From: Lama guanicoe
Lineage: Eukaryota
Assembly: GCA_013239625.1 (NCBI GenBank)
Contig: MU053365.1
Span: forward strand, 1,336,115 to 1,400,114
Reading direction: 5' to 3'
Length of the DNA: 64,000 nt
The position numbers and the translations under genes were made by a program. Numbering within the stretch: the stretch's first letter is position 1; every line of letters begins with the position of its first letter. Positions 23,331 through 35,933 of the stretch are shown piece by piece. The notes under the pieces are model-generated. The model saw only the letters and a program-made list of their open reading frames with translations. It ran no database searches and was not told where the DNA came from.

Positions 23331-25162
23331 TCTCATGAGATAACAATTCCCTATACACTGGGAGGGGGTTCATCTCCTGGACTGCTAGAAAGAATGACAA
23401 ATACCTGTCACATTCCCACACAGCTTCTCTAGAGACATACAGGTTTCTTTTAATAGGTTGTTTAGTATCTTCCAAAGATTTGTTTAATTATGACTAAAAC
23501 GTCAATTCTCTTAGCATACATCCTTGCCAAGAAAGCAACATTACTACTTCTTCTTAAGTTAATTTTTGTCTGTGTACATATAAGAAAAACAAGAGGGTGC
23601 TTGATCTGAGTTGATTAAAGAGACATGGATAAACTCTTCAATGCTATTCTGGTTTGATCTAATTTAGGTAGAAAAAAGCTGAACTGCAATTTAGCCCCCA
23701 AGAAATATGATAAAATAAATAAGATAAAGGCTTGACTATTGCTGGGATAATTAGCATAAATACACTTCAGTTGTTTCCTCAGTATGCCGTGTCTAGATTA
23801 TGAATGATATTTTGGAGTTAAAATACCTTAGTATACTGCATTCTTTAAAGGTGACTCCTTTGAGGATCTGATGTCCTCCTTAGAGTTTAATTTATTTTTC
23901 TTATGTTTTCAGAAATGGCCTTTCTACTGATTGCACTTTATATACCTCCAACTGAGTGTACTAATTCCTTACATAGAGTGTAAGAAAGACAGTGTAAACA
24001 TTCCAGTTTCAACTGTATTTAGATATCAATGTGTTCCTTCTAGGAGGAAATGGCCCCCTCATCCCCACTGCCAATCAATTAACTTTCTTTTATGGTGATA
24101 TATTCTGGAGGAAAGACACTTCCCACTATATTCCCTTACACAATCAGCTGCTTGCATTAGAGTGATGAAGATAGCCTTGTGCACAGCACAATCACAGGAA
24201 GTTGCCCAAACTAAAAGTTTCATAACAGTAATAAGGATATATTACTCAGCGTTCTCTATCATCAGGGAAAAAAAGCATGAATGACACACATTAAAGCTTT
24301 GAACACTCAAAGCTGGATGTTGACAGTCAGTGAGCTTATCAAAGTAACATTTGTTAAAGCTGTTCTCAGTAACTTTTAAAGCAGATCACTCATTGTAAGT
24401 TGCTCTCTAGGGACACTGATGAAGTTACCAGGGAAAAGATTTGATTGATAAGATGCTGTATCCATACTACCTGTTTAAAAGAAAGGGATAACTCTGATAT
24501 ATACTAGTTTAGGAAAACTCTTCTTTAATGGGAACAATGTGGTAATTTTAGGTTCAGACACTTAATGAAGTTGTGGTATCTTGACCTCCATATGGAACAG
24601 GGTCCCAGGCTAGTAATAAAAAATATCTCTGCACATCTAGGACTGAGCAACTAGTCATCATTACTGCAAATCACAGTACCAGTTGTTTCATGCTATTTTA
24701 CTGGGACCAGGTGATTAGTGGTGCCAGCTGAGTCTCAAATTTCCTAGCCCTGGTTCCTGGGGTCAAGCAAATTGGGATGACTACTACTATTGCTTTAAAG
24801 GGAAATAAAAGGAAAAGGGGAATAGTGATGTGGTTTTTAGCATGTTTAAAGGTGTGTCTGAGAAGATTGACAGCAGGTGGCACTTCTGCCTGTGGTAAAA
24901 GGGCACCTGCAGTTTCCTGGTAGTAGAAGCCTTGAGAGGTCCATTGTAGTAAAATCTCTGTTCGAGATCTACTGCTTTTTACATTTCATCCCTTCTTGCT
25001 CAACATCAAGGAGCACTGGCCACAAGGGATGCTGTGACACTTCTGGTTTGGGAAAAGACTGAGGTTAGGTGACAATATGTTTCTAATGCTTCATTTTGTA
25101 GTTGGTAATTTACAAAATGATTTTGTATAGATAGAATATTAGTTGTTAATATCGGACTAGAC

Positions 25163-25350
25163 CAGAGTTCTAAAATTTCTCTGTAGAGGGCCAAATAGTA
25201 AATCCTTTAGGCTTCCTGGGCCATATGATCTCTGTCACAACTACTAAACTATGCTGTTGTAGCATATAAGCAGCCCCGGCCAAAGTATAAAGAAATGGAT
25301 GTAGCTCTGTTCCAATAAAACTTTATTTACCAAAACAGCTGGCCTGGTAT
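25163..25350 (+). mobile_element. hAT-Charlie MITE (MER58A-like)
   Basis: 'ctgtagagggccaaatagtaaat...gggccatatgatctctgtcacaactact...tgttccaataaaactttatttac'. Confidence 0.85.
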
Positions 25351-25399
25351 AATCGGTTACACAGTCACACACTCGGTAATCATAATGGCATTGACCCAG

Positions 25400-25840
25400 T
25401 AGTCTTAAGATCTGGGCTCATGTCCAGACTCTATCACCTACGAACTGTGTGACCTTTGGCAAGTCAGTTTACCTTTTTAAGCCTCAATTTCCACTTCTCT
25501 AAAATGACATTACCTGCCTCTACCTACTTCAAATGTCTGTTGAGAGACTAATAATAAAAATATATACATGTAAAATAATATTAGTGATTGTTATCTATTG
25601 AGCACTTACTAAGTGCTAAGCATTATGTTAGGTTAGTTACACCCATCATCTATAGTCGCATCTTATGCTGTAAGAAGGGTTCCATTTGATATATCTATTA
25701 CCATTACTAATAATCAAAATTAGAAATCTTTATTGAGCACTTGCTATGTGCCGACATTGTGCTAATTGTTTTACATGAATTATCTCACTAAATTCTCACA
25801 AATTTGGCTGCTATTCTTATTAACTCCAGTTTACAAATAT
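25400..25840. mobile_element. Cluster of MIR fragments in both orientations
   Basis: Plus-strand core 'ctgtgtgacctttggcaagtcagttt...gcctcaatttcc'. Two minus-strand ends 'tattgagcactt'. Confidence 0.7.
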
Positions 25841-25919
25841 TAAGATAGGAGAATGCCACTATTTAGTTGCAGAATATACATTAAGGAAGTAGACGCAACA
25901 TAGATTAAGACTAATGAGT

Positions 25920-28268
25920 GAGGAGGTGGATATCAAGAATGGGGAGTAAGATAAGAGGATGTGGAACTCACCTCCCACCATGAACACATAAAAAATACAT
26001 CTACATGTGGAACAGTTCTCACTGAAAACTAACTGTAAACTGGCAGAAGGACTCCTGAGCAACCAAGCTGTAAGAAAGATGCACACATAATTGGGTAGGA
26101 CAAGAAGTAAAGCTATAAGGTCAGGACCTGTGCCACTGGGAGGGGGCTCAAAAGAAAAATGAGGTTACATAGGTAGACACTTAACCAGGGAAGTGAGTGG
26201 GTCAAGGCCTCAGTCTTGTGGATCTTTGTGGAGGAGACAAGCCCCCTTGGCTTGGAGGAACACTGGGACTAACAGAAGCTGAGGTAGAGTGACTGTTGTT
26301 GGAACATACTCAGGCAGTGCCCCAGAAGCTCCCCAGATCTCTGACAATGACCACTCTACCACAGCTAATCTCCTGACACATGCCAAGAGTTCACACGGGT
26401 CCCCACCAGCTCTGCAGAGTGGTTTCACGACAGGGTGGGGAAGGCAGGGGCAGGGGGCAGTGATCAGCTGTGAGAGACAAAGGGAGCTCACACTTGAGCT
26501 TGATCTGAGTGGAAGAAACAAAAAAAAGAAATGAGCAGAGAAGAACTACAAAAACAACTGGAAAGCAATTAATAAAATGCCAATAAATGCATAGCTATCA
26601 ATAATTACTTTAATGTCAATGGACTGAATGTTCCCATCAAAAGGCGTAGGATGGCTGATTAGATTAAAAAGACCCTTCAATATGCTGCCTACAGCAGAAG
26701 GAAGAAAATAATAAGATCAGAGAGGGAATAAATAAAATAGGGATTAAAAGATAGAAATGATCAATGAAATGAAAAGTTATTTTTTGAAAAGATAATTAAA
26801 ATTGATAAGCCTTTAGTCAGGCTCACGAAGAAGAAAATAGAGAGGACCCAAATAAAATAAGAAATGAAAGAAGAGAAATACAACCAATACCACAGAGATA
26901 CAAAAAGTCATAAGAGAGTACTGTGAACAGTTGTATGCCAACAAATTGGACAACCTAGAAGAAATGGACAAATTTTTAGAAACATATAATCTGCAAAGAC
27001 TGAATTAGGAAGAAATAGGCAGTTTGAACAGACTGATCACTAGTACTAAAATTTATTTTTTTATTTAAAAAAAAAACCTCCCAGCAAGCAAAAGTCCAGG
27101 ACCAGATGGCTTCATGAGGAAATTCTACCAAACATATAAAGAACAAATACCTATCCTTATCAAACTATTCCAAGAAATTGAAGAAGATGGAATACTCTCG
27201 AATTCATTCTACTAGGCCACCGGAAATTCCCCTTATACCAAAACTAGACAAAGATACTATCAAAAAAGAAAATTACAGGGCAATATCTTTGATGAATATA
27301 GATGCAAAAATCCTCAACAAATATTTAGCAAACTGATTCCAACAATATATAAAAAATATCATATAACATGAGATCAAGTGGGATTTATTCCAGGAATGCA
27401 AGGATTTTTCAATATCCACAAATCAATCAATGTGATATGCCACATTAACAAATTGAAGAATGAAAACCATATGATCATCACAGATCACCTCAATAGACAC
27501 AGAAAAAGCATTTGACAAAATACAACATCCATTCACGATAAAAACTCTTATCAGAGTGGGTATAGAAAAAACGTAACTCAACATAGTAAAGTCCGTTTAT
27601 GACAAACCTAGAGCTAATATCATATTCAAAGTTCAAAAGCTGAAAGCCTTTCTTCTAAATTCAAGAACAAGACAAGGATGCCTACTCTCACCACTTCTAT
27701 TAAATGTAGTATTGGAAGTCCTAGCCACAGCAATCAGACAAGGAAAATAAATTTAAAAAGTATCCAAATTGGAAGTGAAACTGTCACTATTTGTAGATAA
27801 CATGATACTTTATATAGAAAACCCTAAAATTTCCACCAAAAAAATACTAGAACTAATAAATAAAACTTCAGCAAAGTTGCGGGATACAAGATTAATATAT
27901 AGAAATCTGTTGCTTTTCTATACACTAATAATGGACTATCAGAAAGTTAAAAAATGCTGTTTAAAATTACATCAAAAGGAATAGAATACCTAGGAATAGA
28001 TTTAATCAAGGAGGTGACAGACCTATACTCTGAAAACTATAAAACATCGATGAAGGAAACTGAAGATGATACAAAGAAATAGAAAGATGGCCCATGCTCT
28101 TGGATTAGAAGAATTAATATTGTTAAAATGGCCATACTACCCAAAGGAATCTACAGATTTAATGCAATCCCTATCAAAATACCCATGATATTTCCCCATA
28201 GAACTAGAACAAATAATCCCCAAATTAATATAGAATAACAAAAACCCCCAAGTTGCTAAAGCATTTTC
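25920..28268 (+). mobile_element. Older LINE-1 with 5' UTR, two large internal deletions and no 3' end
   Basis: 5' UTR-like start ('aaaaatacatctacatgtggaac...ctggcagaag'). The ORF2 start at 26577 gives a degenerate LSIITLNVNGLN.PIKR...ICCLQ. It then jumps at ~26694 to the post-endonuclease region (RRK..IK.R...FFEK..KIDKPL). The RT has a decayed catalytic motif LFVDNMILY at ~27790. It stops at ~28268. Confidence 0.88.
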
Positions 28269-28399
28269 TGTCACAGTCCAAATATGAGGGATAGTCTCAG
28301 GGATGAAGATCAAATAGTTGAACTTGGAACTCAGCACCCCCTCCCTCTGTCTGCTTTTCCCTGGCATCTCTCTAGGTCACATGTACCTCTCTTAATTAA

Positions 28400-29890
28400 T
28401 TAATTAATTCATATATTTAACAGACATTTATTGAGTACCTATAATGGAATGAGCCAGACCCTGGGGATACAGTAGTGAACAAGACTGAGAGACACTGACT
28501 GGAAAGAGCTGACAGTCTAGCGTGGGAAAAAGAGAAAAAAACAAGTAAAATAATTATGAATTGTCAAAAATGCTATGGGGTTAACAAACAAGCATCTTAG
28601 CTCCAGAAGGAAGATTGAAGGGTGGAGGAAGTTAGAGAGGTCAGGAAAGGCCTCTGCAGAGCAAACGTTTATGCTGAGAGTACCAGGAGTCAGCCAGATA
28701 AAGAAAATGGGCTCCTTCCAGACAGAAGGAATAGTATACGCAAATATTATGAGGCAAAGAAGAGATTCGAGATTTTGAGGAATACCAAGAATGCTACGTG
28801 TGGCGGGAGCCCAGCGAACAAAGGGGAGAGTAATAGGAGATAAGAATGGGCAGATAGGAAGGGATTGTGGAAAAGACTTCGGATTTTACTCATCATAATG
28901 AGGAGCCATTGGAAGTCATGGAGCAGGATAGTGACTGATCTGGCTTGGATTTAAAAAGAAATTTCTCTGGATGCTTGGTTGAAAATAGATTTTGAGGGCC
29001 AGGATGGGAGCAGAGAAACAATTCAGGATGTAATTTTGGTGTGGATGATGGTGGCTTGGGCTAGAAGGATAGTGGTGAAGATGGAGAGAAGCAGACAGAA
29101 TCAATATGTATTTGGGGAGTGGAAGTGACAGTGTGTGTTAATGGATCGAATGTGGTGGCGAGAGAGACCCATGTAGTACAAATATGGAATTTGGGGAAGC
29201 ACTCCAATCTCTAGAGACCTCTGCAGGGGAAAGGCTGCGAAAGTGAGTGCAGAGGGGTTACTGAAATAAAAGGAAAATCAGAAGTGTGGTTCACTCTGTC
29301 AGGTGTTTCTGAGAGGGTATAGAAAATGAGTACAGAGAAATAGCCGTTGAGTTAAGCAATATGGATGTCATTGGTGATCTTTGGTAGCCTGGATGTCATT
29401 AGTGTGGGCAAAAGACAGATATGAATGGGAGAGGAATTGGAGAAAGTAATTATAGACAAATATTTTGAGAAGTTTAGCTGTAAAACAGGTGGAGAGTGGA
29501 GAGGAATATGTAGTTATGAGAGCTTTCTTTACGTTGGAAGATATTAATGTCAGAAAGAGAGGGGGTTAGGGAAAGAGTGAAGGCCTTGAGAAGCCCAGTA
29601 GGAGGATGGGACCCAGAACTCCAGTGAAAGTGTTGCCTTAGGGAGGAATAGAGACAGCGCCTCCACTGTAAATAGAAAAGAGATGAAAAGGATGCAAATG
29701 TGAGGGGGGTTGCAGGTTTGACTGTGGGAAGATGATGGAATTCAAGCCTAATGCTGCCTGCCTTGTTCATTCACTCCACATGTTTTTTGAGCACCAACTC
29801 TGTGCGAGGCACTGCCCTAAGCTTTGGAGATAATAGCAGAGAATAAAACAAATAAAAATTCCTATCCCTATGGAAATGATATTCTAGTGG
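28400..29890 (-). mobile_element. L2 LINE remnant(s)
   Basis: Reverse L2 end 'attcatatatttaacagacatttattgagtacct...ggggatacagtagtgaacaagac' and purine-rich L2 body motifs ('gagccattggaag', 'gatgatggtggcttgggctag'). A second L2 end lies at ~29765-29890. Confidence 0.85.
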
Positions 29891-30667
29891 AACTAAGATT
29901 GAGCATGGAAGATTATGGGAGGTTCAAGGAGCCAGAATAAAGATAGGGACAAAGAGTAGAGTATCTGTGCATTTGATTGTCAGTTACAGATCCAGGGCTC
30001 TGGGCAATGCAGCTCCAGGGTTCGCTACCCTGACCATCCTATGCACATCCTGCCTCTGAGCATGGCTACCTTAAGCATCTATTCACTCTTCCTTGAGCCC
30101 GAGCTGCCCTGAGTGTATTAGATATGCCAAAGGGGAGAAACAAATACAACCTTCATCTCTAGGTATTCCTCTGCTACATCAGTTTGCATTTACCTAGGTC
30201 AGCCTTCATAATGGCAATTTATACAATCCCATTAAAGACTGGCCATAGATCCCCAGGCACTCTCAAATTTTACTTTAGAAAAAGTGAACTGGAACAGTCA
30301 CACCAGAACAGCACTTCAACATGTCAAAATGGCAGGAGCGAGCACTTGATGTGTGCCACAGGCTGCCTGACCCTCCTTCCATCTCTAATCTTCACCTGGT
30401 TTGAGTAAATATCCACTTTCCACTATTCATTGCTGTATTGTCTGAATTTTTAGGAGTACATATGACTTTTATAATCAGAAAAGGAAAAACATTAAGAAAA
30501 TACTGCCTCTGAGGTGGTACTCATGTCCCTCTAAACCAGCCTTATAAAGGAATGTTATTATAGGAAGCAGAATGTAGTATTAGGACAGGACGATGTCAAT
30601 GAGTAATTGATTTTTTTTCCTGATAGTTCCCCCCTCCTTGCCCTTCCTCTCATTCAAGTAGCTAGAA

Positions 30668-31135
30668 CTGCACTGTCCAACATGATAGTTGCAAGCCACA
30701 TGTGGCTATTGGGCACTTGAAATGTGGCTAGTCCACATTGAGTTGAGACATAAGTATGAAACACACTGTGGATTTTAAAGCCTTAATATAAAAGAAGCAA
30801 AAAAAGGGGAGAGGGTATAGCTCAAGTGGTAGAGCGCATGTTTAGCATGCACAAGGTCCTGGGTTCAATCCCTAGTACATCCTCTAAAAATAAATAATAA
30901 AACCTAATTATGTCCTCACTGCCATAAAATAATACAATAATAAATAAATAAAATTTATTTTAAAAAGAAGCAAAATAGCTGTTCAATAATTTTATATTAC
31001 CTATATGTTGAAATATTTTGGATGTAGTAGATCAAATAAAATATATTATAAAATTAATTTCACCTCTTTTTTTTTCTTTTTTTAAAAAACCGTGGCTAGT
31101 AGGATATTTACAATTTCTTATCTGGCTGGCACTCT
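30668..31135 (-). mobile_element. hAT-Charlie MITE (MER33-like), split by a SINE
   Basis: 'ctgcactgtccaac...gccacatgtggctattgggcacttgaaatgtggctagtcc'. After the SINE: 'atgttgaaatattttggat...aaataaaatatattataaaattaatttcacct'. Confidence 0.85.
30806..30962 (+). mobile_element. tRNA-Ala-derived SINE (vic-1 type, long-tail variant)
   Basis: GGGTATAGCTCAAGTGGTAGAGCGCATG...GGTCCTGGGTTCAATCCC, then an extra 'aacctaattatgtcctcactgcc' block and an A/T tail. TSD AAAAGAAGCAAAA at 30790-30802 and 30963-30975. Confidence 0.92.
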
Positions 31136-31139
31136 GTGT

Positions 31140-31560
31140 TGCTGGCCTCCCCCATCTGGCCCTCTGCTGCCTCCCTGACATCATCTACTCTTCTTCTTGT
31201 CCTTCCTGTGTTTGGGGCTTGCCTTTGCTGTTTGCTGGGCCTAGAACACACTTCCACCAGCTATTCACGTGAGTGCACCCCCTCCCTTCCTTCAGGTTTT
31301 TATTGAAATGTCACTTTGGTAGTGAAGCCTTCCAGCTAATCTAAAATTACAAAATTGCAACCTTCTATCCTAACCCCTCCTCTGCTTGATTTTTTGCCAC
31401 AGTGCCCATATGCAAGTGATACACTGCACTTATATAGTCACGTGTATGTTTTCTGTTTGTCCCTATAAGAACGAGGATTTTTTTCTGTTTTGTTCACTGC
31501 TAGAATGGCGCTTGGAATGTGGTGGAACCTTATTAAATACTTGTTGAATGAACGAATCAA
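31140..31560 (+). mobile_element. L2 LINE 3' fragment
   Basis: 'ttccttcaggtttttattgaaatgtcac...tgttttgttcactgc...taaatacttgttgaatgaacgaat'. Confidence 0.8.
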
Positions 31561-33959
31561 TTGCCCCGGGGGGTGATTTGATATGGTGGACCACGGTAAC
31601 AAAAGAGCCTCACTGGCTCTGGTTTCCAAAAACCTATAATAAGTCTTAGGAGAATGAAAGATTCCTGGCACAAACAAAATGTTTAGAGCATATATTTATA
31701 AATCTAACAGGACTTTCCACTGTTTCAGAAGGGAACTAGAGGTCCCTATAGATCTTGGGTATGACAGGGGTAAAAGGAGGGATTCATGAATTGAGCGAGA
31801 TGAAATTTCTACCAACTAGGAAAAAGGAAGTTTCAAAGTAGAAATCTACTTGAGTTGCAGGAAAGTAAAGTTATAGTTCTCCTATACCAAAGTTTGTGGC
31901 TGAAACTTGCATGCTGAGAGCAATGCTAGACATTGTTGGGACTTCCTGTGCTCTCAGGAGCAGAGAATGAGATCACATTGTGGTCCAAATAGCTGTCCTC
32001 GTTGCTTCCACCCCAGCCTCATCCCAATGTCTTACATATGATCCGTCAACCACATTTCACATTCAGGAAGATTTTCAAATTAATAGTTCCCATTAAGACA
32101 ATCAGATCATATCTTGTTGACGCTATCGCTGCACCTACATCTATATCTAGAAAGTAACTTCATGTGACCATTGTAACTTCAAAGACAGAATCTGAGAATG
32201 TGAGATGCATTCAGGGAAAAATTACATTCTGAGAAATTGTTCAAATGATAAATGCTTTTACTTTATTCAATGAGCAAATATGGTAAGCGCATGGCTCCTA
32301 GTTTTATGTGGGTTATCTACCAGATGATCTCTAGCCCCCATCCCATTTCTACTCACCCTTCCTCACCCCATCCCTGAGATTAAGTCCATCCTGTGTTCAC
32401 TTCTCATTGTCCATCCACACTGTGGGATGGAGGTGGGCCAGAAAGAGAAGTGGGCTGATGAGGTACGGGTATCTATTTCACACATTTGGTGATTTTTTTA
32501 AGCTGTAAGTTTGATAGTTGGTTACAGGCATCAAAATCATGGCATTAAAGTAGAAGACCAAAAATGGCTTATTCCAAACAGCCACATGGAAATACCACGT
32601 GCCTTTACCACAACTTGCTGAGACTGCCAGCACATGGTATGGAGTCTGATGAGGCACGTTTCTTTAGTTAGGCCTATACAATTTCATAACAAACATCACT
32701 GTTTTTTTTTTCCTGACTTAGAGGATGAAAAAATTATGAAAATTATGAATATTTTAATCATCATTGTGTAGGCTTGAGATTTGTTTGTTTGTTTTTCTAA
32801 TTTTAGAATTATGACAGGGATTGTTCTGGTACTTGGTAAATGTTGGATTTCCCTATTGGCCTATGCACATTCATGCCCAGAAAAGATATAGGAAAAAATT
32901 CAGGAAAGCTCATTTTCTTAGTATTCAAAAAAAAAAAAAGACACAGAAGAGTGGCTTTGATGGCTTTCCAGTTGGTCTGAGATTAAACAGATGTTCAATA
33001 TTCTGTTCAGATCACACATGTTCTAAAGTCACATATAGCCTGTTCAAGGGTTCAGTCATGGAAAAGGACATTTTAATCAAAAATTTATTTCATTTTCAAG
33101 AAGTTAGGTTGAATAGTGAAGTGAACACATCAGTGCTGCTTTGCTGTAAGTCTGGGGTGTGTGTGTGTGTGTGTGTTTTGTTAGTGTAGAATGTAAAATA
33201 TGCTGTTTTCAATAAGGTCAGTTATATGAAAAGTAAAAAACACTTTTAATTCAGAGACACAGTGCAGAAATTTGGGGGCATATGCACCATCTGAAAATGG
33301 GATAATCTTATTACAGTGAAAGAAGGCCTCCACTAGAATGATACATTAAACCTTTCAGAAAAGTATTTTAGCTTATTTACTCTTTGTCTTGGATCTGATC
33401 GGAAAGTGTCTAAAGCAGAGAAATGTGTTCTTCATGTGAAAAATGGAAATTACTGAGTTCTATCTTTTGACTTGTCTAAATACCTTTATATATTGCATCT
33501 CGTTTAGTATCAAATAGCTCAGGTGGTCTTGAATAGCAGTCTCAATTGCTTTTCCCGTTGAGGATGTCAGGAGCTGCTCCCTCTTGTTATGAACTCTGAA
33601 TATTTGTTACACGGTCTGCCTTGATGTCAAAAATAATCCTCACTGGTGATTTTTAAATGTGGTATCTCTTTAAAATGTGATATCCAGCTGGTATCCCTAT
33701 TCTCCAAACAACAATATTTAAAGAAGAGAGTACATGAAACTTAGAGCCAGTGAACTGATCTGTATGCTATACAAATTCAGCCATTTTTGAAACTCATGGG
33801 CTCATGGGAATACCCTGGTTGCCATACAAAACTGTGGCTGGGACCACTTGTTTCAGTTTTAAGGCCAGAAGGTACAATGCTGAGAGACACGGGTAGGCAT
33901 AGTACAGTGTGTTGTGTCTTTGCATAAAAGGTACACACATCTTTTGTCAGGAAGACCCT

Positions 33960-34240
33960 CCCCTGCTCCCTCCCACTTTGCCTGGAAAATTCCTACTTAG
34001 TCTTCACACCTCAGTTTATATGTCACTTCTGAGAAGCCCTCCCATGTACTTTTGTAGCACCTTGACGATGTCACCAATCACAGTCCATTATAATGACCTG
34101 TATACATTTATGCCTCTTCTCATCAGACTGTAAGCTCTACAAGGAGCTTTTCATCTTTGTCCTTTTTAATCTTTGCATTTCTAGGACCTAGGACCTAGAC
34201 ACTTAATAACTATTTATTCAATTAATGAATGAATGAATTC
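33960..34240 (+). mobile_element. L2 LINE 3' fragment
   Basis: 'cagactgtaagctct...acttaataactatttattcaattaatgaatgaatgaat'. Confidence 0.75.
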
Positions 34241-34832
34241 CAAAGACCTGCTTTTATGTCCCTCCTCTTTTAATTATTAGCTGTATGGACTTGGGGAGAT
34301 AACCTCTTTGAGTTTATTTCTTCATCTGTAAAAATGAGATTGATTTTCCATACATTACAGTCTTTTAAGGAAACTGAAGTCTAGAAAATTAAGTTACCTT
34401 TTAGATATTGTATTATCATGCAGATAAAAAGTGGTACACTCAGTTCTCAGGGACATCATAATGCCTCTCAAGTGAAGTAAGTTTGAGTTGTGAGGACAAC
34501 AAAGAAGAAAGTATATGTTTATTGATAAAACATTATAACTTTGACAAATAAGCAATTTTTTAAAAAAACGAATTCTGTCAGTAGAAATGCTGGGAGCAGC
34601 TCACTTGTCTTTTAGAATGGTGACTTTTGTGTACTATGTAGTCAGAAGACCAGGTTTGGAGTCCTTGCTCTGCGACTTGGGTTTTGAGATACTGGGAAAT
34701 CTCTGAGCCTCTGTTTCCTTGTCCATAAAATGGGGTGATAATATTTTCCCCTAGGTTAGTATACTGAGGATGAAGAAATATCTGTAAACTGTAAATTTCT
34801 GTACACACGTAAGGTGCGTAACAACTATAAGA

Positions 34833-35005
34833 TGGAATCATGATTATTAATAAGATGTCAAATTAGTCAGCTGCTGTCGCCTGTGGTCTCAAGGGGGCAG
34901 CATCCTTCATAAAACCAACAGGGTAGAAGATATCAAATTTTAGTTTTTGTAGTTATTTATGGCTTAAGACAATTTACTAGGTTGTATTACAAATATTTTG
35001 AATGG
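34833..35005 (+). repeat. Copy A of an old ~175-bp local direct duplication containing a CTCF-like motif
   Basis: Aligns end to end with 35759-35933 at roughly 79% by hand count. Motif TCTCAAGGGGGCAGCA at 34887-34902. Confidence 0.9.
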
Positions 35006-35299
35006 AATTATTCTCACAATGTCTGAAAGATAAAGGATGTCTTGTTTTCCTGCTCCTCACCCATGGTATATCCACAGACAACTGAGGAGCCTCAGTAGCA
35101 AGCAGACCTAGCTGGAAAGAAGTGTCCATATGCCGGAGCTGGCTTTCTGTGCTCTGAGGATTTGGGAAGCTCATGGGCACAAGAACCAGAGGCTCATACA
35201 TTGACTAGCTCTTCTGAGAGTAGCTACACATGGTAATGAAAAGTCAGCCCTCAGGAGTCAAGAGTGAAAAGGGCATAGCCAGAGTCAATTGAGCATCAC

Positions 35300-35752
35300 T
35301 ACACTAGTTTCCTATTGCTGTTGTAATGAATTACCACAAACTTAGAGGCTTAAAATTTTATTATCTTATAGTTCTGGAGATCAGAAGTCTGAAATGGGTT
35401 TCGCTGGGCTAAAAGCAGGGTGTTGGCAGGGCCATACTCCCTCTGTAAGCTCCAGGGACAAATCTGTTCCCTGGCCTTTCTCAGGTTCTAGGAGTCGTCT
35501 GCATCCTTTGGCCTCTTCCTTGCATCGCTTTAACCTCTTGTTTGCACAGTCACATCTCCTACTTTCTCTTCTCTTGTGAAACCTCCCTCTGCCTCCCTCT
35601 CATAAGGACATTGCATAATCCAGGACAATTTCCCCATCTCGAGGTTCATAACTTAATCACATCTGCAAAGTCCCTTTACCATATAAAGGAACATTCACAG
35701 GTTTCAAGAATTATGATATGGTTAGCTTTGGGGGCCATTATTCAATCATGTA
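35300..35752 (-). mobile_element. MaLR solo LTR (MLT1C/D-like)
   Basis: 'tagtttcctattgctg...ttaccacaaacttag...agttctggagatcagaagtctgaaatggg...cttaatcacatctgcaaagtccc...gggggccattattca'. Confidence 0.9.
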
Positions 35753-35758
35753 AGCTGG

Positions 35759-35933
35759 TGGCATCATGATTATTAGTAAGAAATGTCAAACCAGTTGGCT
35801 ATTGTCACATATGATCTCAAGGGGGCAGCACCCTTCACAGAGCCAACAGAGTAGAAGGAATTGAATTTTAGTTTGTGTAGTGATCTATATAGTTAAAACA
35901 GTTTTCTAGTTTGTATTTTAGATATTTTGAATG
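35759..35933 (+). repeat. Copy B of the ~175-bp local direct duplication
   Basis: See copy A. Motif TCTCAAGGGGGCAGCA at 35815-35830. Confidence 0.9.

Noticed and set aside
26210..26534. ORFs on both strands in GC-richer sequence
   Set aside because: They lie within the L1 5' UTR remnant and do not resemble ORF1.
32456..32660. Two CTGATGAG motifs as hammerhead ribozyme cores
   Set aside because: Neither has the required GAAA after stem II or plausible stems I and III. The same holds for CTGATGA near 24416 and 39444.
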